From NCBI GenBank assembly GCA_965243025.1, contig CBDETY010000003.1:5824001-5888000 (forward strand): DNA of 64,000 bases, written 5' to 3'. Position numbers and translations under genes: made by a program. The notes beneath the pieces were generated by a model that saw only the letters and a list, made by a program, of their open reading frames with translations, searched no databases and was not told the DNA's origin. Below, piece by piece: positions 48,304-57,250 of the stretch. Within the stretch, counting starts at the first letter, position 1. Each line of letters opens with the position of its first letter. Source of the stretch: Candidatus Latescibacterota bacterium (GTDB taxonomy: Bacteria > Latescibacterota > UBA2968 > UBA8231).

Positions 48304-49557
48304 GTGGACCAGACCGAGCCCGTGTCACCGAAACCCGCCGGATCGCGCCTGTGGCGGATCCTGATCCCGCTCGCCATCGTCGCCGCAGGCGCCGGGGTGT
48401 ACGCCGGGATGGTCGCGATGAAAACCCCTCCCCCCAGGCGCCCCCGCGTTCACCTGGGGCCCCTGGTGGAAACCATCCAGGCGCCGGCGCAGTCCCTGCG
48501 CGTCACCGTGAAGGGACACGGAACCGTGCGCCCCGCCGAGGAGATCGACCTGGTTCCGCAGGTCGCCGGAATCGTCGTGTGGAAGTCCCCGCGGTTCGAG
48601 TCCGGCGGCTTCTTCAGGCGGGGGGAGCTGCTGGTGCAGATAGACCCGAGGGACTACCGGCTCGCCGTCGAGGTCGCCCGGGCCGAGGTCGCCCAGAGCC
48701 AGTACGGGCTCGAAGTGGCGCGCGGAGAGGCGGGCGTCGCCCGCCGGGAGTGGGAGCTGATCCAGGGGGCCGAGGGGGGGTCCAACCCGCTGGCCCTGCA
48801 CGTTCCCCAGCTGCGCGCCGCCGAGGCGAGGCTGCAGGCCGCCAGGGCGCGCGCCGAAGAGGCGCGCCTGCGGCTCGAGCGCACCGAGCTGTACGCCCCG
48901 TTCGACGGGCGCGTCGGGTCGACCCGGCTCGACCGCGGCCAGTACGCCTTCGCCGGACAATCCCTGGCGCGCATCCACGCCACCGGCTCGGTAGAGGTCG
49001 TCGTTCCGGTGGCGGACGAGGACCTCGCCTGGATCGAGGTGCCGGCCGCAGGCGGCAGGGGAAGCGCAAACCGCGATGACAGTGGAGCCGAGGTAAGGGC
49101 CATTCGCGAAGCGGGTGAGGAACCGGTCTTCCCGGATGCCGCGGTCAGCGGCCGCTACGCCGGCCGGGAGCGCCGCTGGCAGGGGGTGGTGCGCCGCGTC
49201 GAGGGAGAGCTCGACCCGCGCAGCCGCCTGGCGAATCTCGTGATCGAGGTCTCCGACCCCTACGCCGACCCGGAGGCCCCCCTGCTCGTCGGGGCGTTCG
49301 TCGACGTCGAGATCGCCGGCGGCGCCGCCGACGGGGTGCGCGCTTTGCCGCGCCACGCCCTGCGCGAAGGCGGCAGCATCTGGGTGGCAGCCGCCGACAG
49401 CATCCTGCGGGTGCGCCCCGCCGACCTCGTCCACCGGCGCGGAGAGGAGGTGCTCGTCTACGCCGACCTCGAGCCGGGAGAGGAGGTCGTTGTCTCGGCG
49501 CTGCAGGGAGTCACCGACGGCATGCGCATCCGCGTCGTCCGGGAGGGGGCGCGATGA
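48304..49557 (+). CDS. RND periplasmic adaptor (MFP)
   Basis: N-terminal TM; G.V.P...L.PQV.G, L.QIDP.DY, coiled coil, APFDG. Confidence 0.9.
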   Translation: MDQTEPVSPKPAGSRLWRILIPLAIVAAGAGVYAGMVAMKTPPPRRPRVHLGPLVETIQAPAQSLRVTVKGHGTVRPAEEIDLVPQVAGIVVWKSPRFESGGFFRRGELLVQIDPRDYRLAVEVARAEVAQSQYGLEVARGEAGVARREWELIQGAEGGSNPLALHVPQLRAAEARLQAARARAEEARLRLERTELYAPFDGRVGSTRLDRGQYAFAGQSLARIHATGSVEVVVPVADEDLAWIEVPAAGGRGSANRDDSGAEVRAIREAGEEPVFPDAAVSGRYAGRERRWQGVVRRVEGELDPRSRLANLVIEVSDPYADPEAPLLVGAFVDVEIAGGAADGVRALPRHALREGGSIWVAAADSILRVRPADLVHRRGEEVLVYADLEPGEEVVVSALQGVTDGMRIRVVREGAR

Positions 49558-52500
49558 AAGGCCCCGTCACATGGATGGCCCGCAACCACGTCGCGGCCAA
49601 CCTGCTGATGTGCTTTCTCCTGCTGTCGGGTTTTCTCGGCATCGCCGGAATGCGCAAGGAGACGTTTCCCGAGTTCTCGTTCGACCAGATCCAGGTACAG
49701 GTTCCCTACCTCGGCGCCAGTCCGGAGGAAGTGGAGGACGGGGTCTGCCGCCGCGTCGAGGAGCGGCTCGCCGGCCTTTCGGGAATCCGCCGCATCCAGT
49801 CGACGGCCTCCGAGGGGATGGGAATCATCATGGCGGAACTCGAGCCGGGGACCGATACCAGCCGCATGCTCGACGACATCAAGGCCGCCGTCGACCGCAT
49901 CGAGACCTTCCCGGCGGAAACCGAGAAGCCTGTGGTCATGGACGTGGTGCGGCGCAACCAGGTGATCGACGTGGTCGTTTACGGCGACGTTCCCGAAAAG
50001 ACGCTGAAGGTCGTCGCCGAACAGGTCCGCGACGACCTGCGCGCGACCCCGGGGATTTCCCAGGTCGAGCTCTCGGGGGTGCGCGTCGACGAGATCTCGA
50101 TCGAGGTGCCGGAACGCAGCCTGCGCGAGCACGGGCTGAACTTCGCCGGGATCTCCGGGGCGGTGCGGCGCGCCAGCCTCGACATGCCGGGGGGGAGCGT
50201 GCGCAGCGAGGAGGGCGAGATCCTGGTGCGCACCAAGGGGTTGAAATACCGGGGCAGCGAGTACGCCGACATCCCCGTGCTGTCGCGGGCGGACGGCACT
50301 CAGCTGAAGCTTGGGGATATAGCGAAGATCGTCGACGGCTTCGAGGACAGCGACCTGATCTCGCGCTTCAACGGCCTGCCCGCGGCCGTGGTCCAGGTGT
50401 ACCGGACCGGCGATCAGAGCGCCCTGGAAATCTCCGGGTTCGTGAAGGAGTACATCGAGGAGCAGCGCGTGCACCTGCCGGCAGGCGTGGGCATAGACTA
50501 CGCCAGGGACGACGCCCGCCTGCTGCTCGGCCGCCTCGACCTGCTGCTGCGCAACGCCCAGCTCGGACTGGTGCTGGTGTTCATCTGCCTCAGCCTGTTT
50601 CTCAACCTGCGGCTCGCTTTCTGGGTGATGATGGGCATCCCGATCTCGCTGCTCGGCAGCTTTCTGCTGATGCAGCCCTTCGACGTCTCGATAAACATGC
50701 TGTCGCTGTTCGCCTTCATCGTCGCCCTCGGCATCGTCGTCGACGACGCCATCGTCGTCGGCGAGAACATCTTCGCCCACCGGGAACGCGGCAAGGATTT
50801 CCTCACCGCCGCGGTCGACGGCACCCTCGAGGTCGGCAAACCGGTCGTCTTCGCGATTTTCACCAGCGTCGCGGCGTTCGCCCCCCTGGCCTTCGTCGCC
50901 GGCATGATGGGGAAGTTCATGGGGGTCATCCCCATCATCGTCGTGTCGATGCTCCTGGTCTCCCTTGTCGAGGCGCTGGTGATCCTTCCCGCCCACCTCA
51001 GCGGAAAGGGGGACGGTCCGCTGCAGCGCGCCTGGACGAGGCTTTTCCGCGCACCCCTCCGCTGGCACGGCGCCCTCCGCCGCGGGGTGGACCGCAATCT
51101 CAGGCGCCTCATCGACGGACCCTACACCCGCCTCGTGCGGGCCGCGGTCGCCAGCCCCTTCACCGCGCTTGCCGCAGGGCTGGCCCTGTTGCTGGGGACC
51201 GCGGGAATGATCACGGGAGGCCACCTGAAGTTCACCTTCATGCCCGAGATCGACTCCGACTGGCTCGTGGTTTCCCTGGCGATGCCCCAGGGCACCACCG
51301 CGGCGCAGACCGAGACGGTGGTGAGCCGGATAGAAAGGGCTGCGCTCGAAATCCGCGACGAGTACGACGGGCAGGGAACCGGCGGGCCCTCGGTCTTCAA
51401 GCATGTCTTCACCGTTATCGGCGACCAACCGATGGGACGGCGATCGCAGGTTGCCACGCCGGCCGGCGGCGGACAGGGGCATCTGGCGGAAGTCACCATC
51501 GAGCTTCTTCCTTCGGAGCTCCGCCATGTCGGCACCACCGAGATTGCCGCACGCCTGCGCGACCGGGTCGGCGAGATCCCGGGAGTGGAATCGCTGAGGT
51601 TCACCGCCTCGATTTTCTCCGTCGGAAACGAAATCGAGGTGCAGCTGTCGTCGGAGGACTTCGATCGACTGTTGACGGCGGTCGAGCGCCTCAAGGAGGA
51701 AGTGGCGAGCTACCCGGGCACCGGCGACATCGAGGACAGCTTCCAGGAGGGCAAGCAGGAGATGAGGCTCTCCCTGAAGCCGGCGGCGCGGACCCTCGGG
51801 ATCACCCTGGCCGACCTGGGGCGGCAGGTGCGGCAGGGGTTCTACGGCGACCAGGCCCTGCGCGTGCAGCGGGGCAACGACGATGTCCGGGTAATGGTCC
51901 GCTACCCCGAGGGGGAGCGCCGCACCCTGAACGACATCGAGAGCATGCGCATCCGCACCCCGTCAGGGGCCGAGGTGCCGTTCTCGGACGTCGCCGAATC
52001 CTCGATCGGGTTCGGGTACGCAAACATCCGGCGCATCGAGGGGGAGCGGGTGGTCAGCGTCACCGCCGACGTCGACGAGGCGGTCGCCAACGCCGACGAA
52101 ATCAACGCCGACCTCGAAACGAGATTCCTCCCCCGTCTGCTCGAGGACTACCCCGGTCTCCGCTACAGCTACGCCGGGGAGCAAAGGGAGCGCGCCGACT
52201 CCTTCTCCAGCCTGGGCCGCGGATTCGTGGTAGCGATGTTCGCCATCTATGCCCTTCTGGCCGTCCCCTTCCGCTCCTACATACAGCCCCTGGTGGTCAT
52301 GAGCGCGATTCCTTTCGGAATTGTCGGGGCGGTGTGGGGGCATGTGCTGATGGGGCTGGACCTCGGGCTGCTCAGCATATTCGGGTTCGTCGCCCTCTCC
52401 GGGGTGGTCGTCAACGACTCCCTCATTCTCCTGAGCTTCTACAACCAGCTTCGCGAGCAGGGAGTGGAACGGGACCAGGCCCTGGTCGAGGCGGGACGCC

Positions 52501-52766
52501 AGCGCTTCCGCCCGATCCTGCTGACCTCGCTGACGACCTTCTTCGCCCTGCTGCCGATGATTCTGGAGAAGAGCGTGCAGGCGCAGTTCCTGATTCCGAT
52601 GGCGGTCAGCCTCGCCTTCGGGATCCTGTTCGCCACCGGGATCATCCTCGTCGGGGTCCCCGCGACGATGAAGGTGGCGGCCTGGTTGCAGGAGCTGGCA
52701 GCCGGCAGGCCCCTTCCGGAAACCCCTCTTCCGGCGCCGGTTCAACCTGCCCGCAACGCGCCTTGA
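49554..52766 (+). CDS. RND permease (AcrB/AcrD/AcrF family)
   Basis: YLGASPEEVE, GIVVDDAIVVGEN, RFRPILLTSLTT; 1070 aa. Confidence 0.95.
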   Translation: MKGPVTWMARNHVAANLLMCFLLLSGFLGIAGMRKETFPEFSFDQIQVQVPYLGASPEEVEDGVCRRVEERLAGLSGIRRIQSTASEGMGIIMAELEPGTDTSRMLDDIKAAVDRIETFPAETEKPVVMDVVRRNQVIDVVVYGDVPEKTLKVVAEQVRDDLRATPGISQVELSGVRVDEISIEVPERSLREHGLNFAGISGAVRRASLDMPGGSVRSEEGEILVRTKGLKYRGSEYADIPVLSRADGTQLKLGDIAKIVDGFEDSDLISRFNGLPAAVVQVYRTGDQSALEISGFVKEYIEEQRVHLPAGVGIDYARDDARLLLGRLDLLLRNAQLGLVLVFICLSLFLNLRLAFWVMMGIPISLLGSFLLMQPFDVSINMLSLFAFIVALGIVVDDAIVVGENIFAHRERGKDFLTAAVDGTLEVGKPVVFAIFTSVAAFAPLAFVAGMMGKFMGVIPIIVVSMLLVSLVEALVILPAHLSGKGDGPLQRAWTRLFRAPLRWHGALRRGVDRNLRRLIDGPYTRLVRAAVASPFTALAAGLALLLGTAGMITGGHLKFTFMPEIDSDWLVVSLAMPQGTTAAQTETVVSRIERAALEIRDEYDGQGTGGPSVFKHVFTVIGDQPMGRRSQVATPAGGGQGHLAEVTIELLPSELRHVGTTEIAARLRDRVGEIPGVESLRFTASIFSVGNEIEVQLSSEDFDRLLTAVERLKEEVASYPGTGDIEDSFQEGKQEMRLSLKPAARTLGITLADLGRQVRQGFYGDQALRVQRGNDDVRVMVRYPEGERRTLNDIESMRIRTPSGAEVPFSDVAESSIGFGYANIRRIEGERVVSVTADVDEAVANADEINADLETRFLPRLLEDYPGLRYSYAGEQRERADSFSSLGRGFVVAMFAIYALLAVPFRSYIQPLVVMSAIPFGIVGAVWGHVLMGLDLGLLSIFGFVALSGVVVNDSLILLSFYNQLREQGVERDQALVEAGRQRFRPILLTSLTTFFALLPMILEKSVQAQFLIPMAVSLAFGILFATGIILVGVPATMKVAAWLQELAAGRPLPETPLPAPVQPARNAP

Positions 52767-52790
52767 CACTCGAGGGGCCCCGGCTATCTT
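52763..52790 (+). promoter_or_regulatory. Putative sigma70 promoter for the molybdoenzyme operon
   Basis: TTGACA (overlapping the RND stop codon)-16 nt-TATCTT. Confidence 0.5.
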
Positions 52791-52875
52791 TGCCGGTCGC
52801 TTCAGAGGGAAATCCACGAATTGAGGGACCGGCGGCGTCCCGGCGCCGGTTGTGTCGAAAACAAGGAGCAGGGCT

Positions 52876-53784
52876 TTGAAAAACTTCGAATACACGGCTC
52901 CGCAAACCCTGAGAGAGGCAGTCAGACTGCTTGCGGAGAAGGGGTCGGGGGCGCGCGTCCTGGCGGGGGGAACCGACCTGATAGTACAGATGCGGATCAA
53001 CCGGCACCGGCCCGACAGGGTCGTCGACGTCAAGAACGTTCCCGAGGTGAACGAGCTGGCGATCAGGCCGCGCAAGGGCCTCGTAATCGGCGCCGCGGTT
53101 CCCTGCCACCGCATCTACGACGACAGCGAGATCAGCGAGCGCTACCCGGGTCTCGTCGACGCGGCGGCGATAATCGGCGGCATCCAGATCCAGGGCCGCG
53201 CCACCTTCGGCGGCAACCTCTGCAACTCATCGCCGAGCGCCGACACCACGCCGATCCTGATCGCCCACGGAGCCACAGCGGAAATCACCGGCCCGGGGGG
53301 CAAGCGGCGCGTCGCCGTCGAGGATTTCTGCACCGGCCCGGGAACCAACGTCCTGACCGACGGCGAGCTTCTGGTCTCCCTCGTGGTTCCGCCCGATCGC
53401 AGGAACAGCGGTTCCCACTACCTGCGTTTCATTCCGAGAAACGAAATGGATATCGCCGTCGTCGGCGCCGGGGCATACGTCGAGCTCGGCAGGCGCGGCA
53501 AGGTCTTCAAGAGCGCCCGCATCGCCCTCGGTGCGGTCGCACCTGTTCCTCTGTACGCCAGGGAGGCGGGCGAGGGCCTCGCCGGCAAGCCGGTGAGCGA
53601 GGAAACGATCGCCGAGGCGGCGGAGGCGGCCAAGGGGATCGCCAGACCGATTTCCGACATGCGCGGTCCGGCGGAGTATCGCACCCACCTCGTCGGGGTC
53701 CTGGTCAAGCGGGCACTCAACGGCGCCGTCGCCCGCGCCCGCGGCCAGTTCGTCGCCAACGCCGTTCAGGAGGCCGCGGGCTGA
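52876..53784 (+). CDS. Xanthine dehydrogenase-family FAD-binding subunit (CoxM/CutM-like)
   Basis: FEY.AP, LAGGTDL, IGG.QI..RAT.GGNL.N.SP.AD, PISDMRG..EYR; AAGGAG RBS before the TTG. Confidence 0.92.
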   Translation: MKNFEYTAPQTLREAVRLLAEKGSGARVLAGGTDLIVQMRINRHRPDRVVDVKNVPEVNELAIRPRKGLVIGAAVPCHRIYDDSEISERYPGLVDAAAIIGGIQIQGRATFGGNLCNSSPSADTTPILIAHGATAEITGPGGKRRVAVEDFCTGPGTNVLTDGELLVSLVVPPDRRNSGSHYLRFIPRNEMDIAVVGAGAYVELGRRGKVFKSARIALGAVAPVPLYAREAGEGLAGKPVSEETIAEAAEAAKGIARPISDMRGPAEYRTHLVGVLVKRALNGAVARARGQFVANAVQEAAG

Positions 53785-53868
53785 CTTTCGTCAGCCCGTC
53801 AGAGTTCGGCCAGAGGCCGAACTCTCTGTCCCGTGAGTTGAGAACCAGGCGGATCGAGTCAGCAAGCC

Positions 53869-53908
53869 AGTGAACCAGAATCGATTTTAGTGAACCAGAA
53901 TCGATTTT
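53869..53908. repeat. Perfect 20-bp tandem duplication AGTGAACCAGAATCGATTTT x2
   Basis: Copies at 53869-53888 and 53889-53908 in the intergenic spacer. Confidence 0.95.
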
Positions 53909-53932
53909 AAGGAAAAGGGGCAAATCGAGATC

Positions 53933-54412
53933 ATGAGTGACAAGATTCACGTAAGCTGCACGTTGAACGGAGAGACGACCGATTTCCTGTGCGAGGCGCG
54001 GCAGAGCCTGCTCGAGGTGCTGCGCGAGGACCTGGGATTCACCGGCACCAAGGAGGGCTGCAACGACGGCAACTGCGGCGCCTGCAGCGTGCTGGTCGAC
54101 GGCGTGCTGGTCGACTCCTGCCTGGTGTTCGCCGTCGAGGCCGACGGCAAGGAGATCACAACCGTCGAGGGGATGGCGACCCCCGAGGGGCTGCATCCCC
54201 TGCAGCAGAAGTTCCTCGAGCACGCGAGCCTGCAGTGCGGCATCTGCACCCCGGGGTTCCTCGTCGCCAGCAAGGCGCTGCTCGACAGGAACCCGGATCC
54301 CAGCGAGCACGAAGTCCGGCACTGGCTGGCCGGGAACCTCTGCCGCTGCACGGGGTACGACAAGATCGTCCGCGCCGTCCTCGACGCCGCCGAGGTCGCG
54401 CGCGGCGCCTGA
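53933..54412 (+). CDS. Xanthine dehydrogenase-family 2x[2Fe-2S] subunit (CoxS-like)
   Basis: GTKEGC..G.CGAC...SC; QCGICTPG; GNLCRCTGY. Confidence 0.95.
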   Translation: MSDKIHVSCTLNGETTDFLCEARQSLLEVLREDLGFTGTKEGCNDGNCGACSVLVDGVLVDSCLVFAVEADGKEITTVEGMATPEGLHPLQQKFLEHASLQCGICTPGFLVASKALLDRNPDPSEHEVRHWLAGNLCRCTGYDKIVRAVLDAAEVARGA

Positions 54413-54464
54413 AAGGCGGCCAGACTCAGGAACAACCAGCTTTCCGAAACACGGAGGATGACAG

Positions 54465-56777
54465 ATGGCATCGTCCCACGGCGAGATTCGCGACTACGGC
54501 AACAAGGAGTACAAGGTCATCGGCACCCGGCCGATACGGCACGACGGCACCGACAAGGTGACCGGCCGCGCGGTGTACGGGGGCGATGTGCAGCTTCCCG
54601 GCATGCTCTACGGGCAGGTGCTGCGCTCCCCTCACGGGCACGCCCGCATCAGGTCGATCGACACCAGCAGGGCCGAGGCGCTGGAGGGGGTGCGCGCCGT
54701 GGTCACCGGAATGGGGGACCTGCCCCCGACCGAAGGGGACGAGATCGTCGACCTCGGCGAGGGGCCGGCCAAGCTGAAATACATGCGCGACAACGTCCTG
54801 GCCACCGACAAGGTGCTCTACCGCGGCCATGCCGTCGCCGGGGTCGCCGCGATCAACCAGCACATCGCCGAGGAAGCCCTCGGCCTGATCGACGTCGACT
54901 ACGAGGTGCTGCCGCCGTACACCGAGGTCCTCGAGGCGATGAAGGAGGATGCCGTGCTCCTGCACGAGGACCTGACCACGCAGGAGTTCGGCGAGGACAC
55001 CGGCAGGAAGAGCAACATCGCCTCGCACAACCAGGACAAGCTCGGGGACATCGCCGAGGGCTTTGCACGGGCCGACGTGGTGGCTGAGTACGAGGTCAAC
55101 ACCGCCACGGTCCACCAGGGGTACATCGAACCGCACAACGGCACCGCTTCCTGGAGCCAGGACGGCAACCTGACGGTCTGGACCAGCACCCAGGGCTCCT
55201 TCACCGCCCGCGGTCAGCTCGGGGCCGTGCTGGACGTTCCGGTGCAGAAGGTCAAGGTGGTGCCGCAGGAGATCGGCGGCGGCTTCGGCGGCAAGATCCC
55301 GGTCTACCTCGAGCCGGTGGCGGCGCTGCTTTCGCGCAAGACCGGACAGCCGGTCAAGATCATCATGACCCGGGCAGACTGCTTCGAGGGAACCGGTCCG
55401 ACCCCGGGATCGTTCGTGCGCGTCAGGATGGGGGCCGACAGCAACGGCAAGTTGACCGCCGCGGAGGCCTGGATCGCCTTCGAGGCCGGGGGGTATCCCG
55501 GCTCGCCGGTGTTCTGCGCGGCAATGTGCGTCTTTTCCTGCTACGACATACCCAACTGTCTCGTCGACAGTTTCGACGTGGTGACCAACAAGCCGCGCAG
55601 CTTCGCCTACCGCGCCCCGGGATCGACTCACGTCGCCTTCGCTACCGAAAAGGTGATGGACGATCTCGCCGCCCAGCTCGGCATGGATCCGGTGGAGTTC
55701 CGCCTGCAGAACGTCGCCGTCGAGGGAACGCGGCGCTCCGACGGCGTCGTCTACCCGCGCATAGGGGCAAGGGAGTGCCTGGAGGTGATGCGCGACCACG
55801 ACCATTACAAGGCTCCGCTGGAAGGGCCGAACCGGGGCCGCGGCGTAGCGATCGGATACTGGTTCAACATCGGCTTCAAGTCCGCCGTGACCGCCTCCGT
55901 GAACGACGACGGCACCGTTAACCTCGTCGAGGGCTCCACCGACATCGGCGGCACCCGCACCAGCATCGCCATGCAGTTCGCCGAGACCCTCGGGCTGGCC
56001 GCGGAGGCGATCAACCCCGCGGTGGTCGACACCAACTCCATCGGTTTCACCGACGTAACCGGGGGCAGCCGGGTGACCTACGCCACCGGCTGGGCCGCCC
56101 ACGACGCCGCCATCGACGTCCGCAACCAGATGGTCGAGCGGGCCGCCGCCCTGTGGGAGGTCGATGCCGCGGACGTCGAATTCGAGGACGGTTCCTTCCG
56201 CACCAGGGACGGGGCGAAACAGCTGAGCTTCAAGGAGCTGGCCGGAAAGCTGGGGGAAACCGGCGGTCCGGTGATCGGCAAGGCCTCAGTCGATCCCAAC
56301 GCCGGCGTCGGCGGCTCGTTTGCGGCCAACATCGTCGACGTCGAGGTCGACCCGGAGACCGGAAAGGTCACCATCCTGCGCTTCACCGCCATCCAGGATG
56401 CCGGCAAGGCGATCCACCCGAGCTACGTCGAGGGCCAGATGCAGGGCGGATCGGTTCAGGGTATCGGATGGGCTCTCAACGAAGAGTACTTCTACAACGA
56501 GGGGGTCATGGAGAACTCGACTTTCCTCGACTACCGCATTCCCACCACCCTCGACCTGCCGATGATCGACACCGTCATCGTCGAGGTGCCCAACCCCGGC
56601 CACCCGTTCGGGGTCCGCGGCGTCGGCGAGGCGAACATCGCTCCGCCGCCGGCCGCGATCGCGTCGGCCATCTCCGACGCCACCGGCTTGCGGCTCTGCG
56701 AGCTGCCGATGCGCCCCGACCGCATCGCCGCGGCAATCGCGGAAAAACGGGAGGCGGATTCGCTGGCCGCCGGATAG
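54465..56777 (+). CDS. Xanthine dehydrogenase-family molybdopterin-binding subunit
   Basis: DKVTGRA.Y, LRSPH, HQGYIEP, GGGFGGK, AYRAPG, VEGQ.QGG, GVRGVGE. Confidence 0.93.
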   Translation: MASSHGEIRDYGNKEYKVIGTRPIRHDGTDKVTGRAVYGGDVQLPGMLYGQVLRSPHGHARIRSIDTSRAEALEGVRAVVTGMGDLPPTEGDEIVDLGEGPAKLKYMRDNVLATDKVLYRGHAVAGVAAINQHIAEEALGLIDVDYEVLPPYTEVLEAMKEDAVLLHEDLTTQEFGEDTGRKSNIASHNQDKLGDIAEGFARADVVAEYEVNTATVHQGYIEPHNGTASWSQDGNLTVWTSTQGSFTARGQLGAVLDVPVQKVKVVPQEIGGGFGGKIPVYLEPVAALLSRKTGQPVKIIMTRADCFEGTGPTPGSFVRVRMGADSNGKLTAAEAWIAFEAGGYPGSPVFCAAMCVFSCYDIPNCLVDSFDVVTNKPRSFAYRAPGSTHVAFATEKVMDDLAAQLGMDPVEFRLQNVAVEGTRRSDGVVYPRIGARECLEVMRDHDHYKAPLEGPNRGRGVAIGYWFNIGFKSAVTASVNDDGTVNLVEGSTDIGGTRTSIAMQFAETLGLAAEAINPAVVDTNSIGFTDVTGGSRVTYATGWAAHDAAIDVRNQMVERAAALWEVDAADVEFEDGSFRTRDGAKQLSFKELAGKLGETGGPVIGKASVDPNAGVGGSFAANIVDVEVDPETGKVTILRFTAIQDAGKAIHPSYVEGQMQGGSVQGIGWALNEEYFYNEGVMENSTFLDYRIPTTLDLPMIDTVIVEVPNPGHPFGVRGVGEANIAPPPAAIASAISDATGLRLCELPMRPDRIAAAIAEKREADSLAAG

Positions 56778-56808
56778 TCCCGGCGCGCCGGCAGCGGCAT
56801 CATTTCTC

Positions 56809-57096
56809 ATGCCGACCGTTTGGATCCCACCCCTGTGGAGAGACAAGCTCACCGGGGGGCAGGAGACGGTGGAAGTTTCCGGCGGCACGGTGCGTGAAAT
56901 CGTCGCCGAGCTCGAGGCCCGGTTTCCCGGGATCCGCGAGCGCCTCGTCGACGAGGAGGAAGACCGGATTCGCCGCAACATCGCCGTCGCCGTCGACGGG
57001 GAGGTGTCTCGGGAGGGAATGCGAAGGAAGGTTCCCGAGGGGGCTGAGGTCCACTTCCTGCCGGCGATGAGCGGCGGAAGCCGGGTTCGCGGCTGA
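56809..57096 (+). CDS. MoaD/ThiS-family ubiquitin-like sulfur carrier
   Basis: VWIP, G.TV.E...L...FPG, VAVDG, PAMSGG followed by a short extension SRVRG. Confidence 0.85.
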   Translation: MPTVWIPPLWRDKLTGGQETVEVSGGTVREIVAELEARFPGIRERLVDEEEDRIRRNIAVAVDGEVSREGMRRKVPEGAEVHFLPAMSGGSRVRG

Positions 57097-57250
57097 GCCA
57101 GACCTTGGTTTCACCCTTCCGGCGCCCTCCAGGAGAACCTCACACCTGGTGGTGGTGGCCGACCCCGTAGCTTCCCCGTTTCCGACCGGCCTTCGACAGG
57201 ATCCTCATTCCCCCTTCCCCTGCGCGAGGCGGCCCGTTGACTGAAGGCGT

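Noticed and set aside
53869-53908. Possible CRISPR repeat
   Set aside because: Only two directly abutting copies, no spacers and no cas genes.
54465-56777. Aerobic CO dehydrogenase CoxL
   Set aside because: Lacks the AYxCSFR Cu-binding loop and the cox accessory genes.
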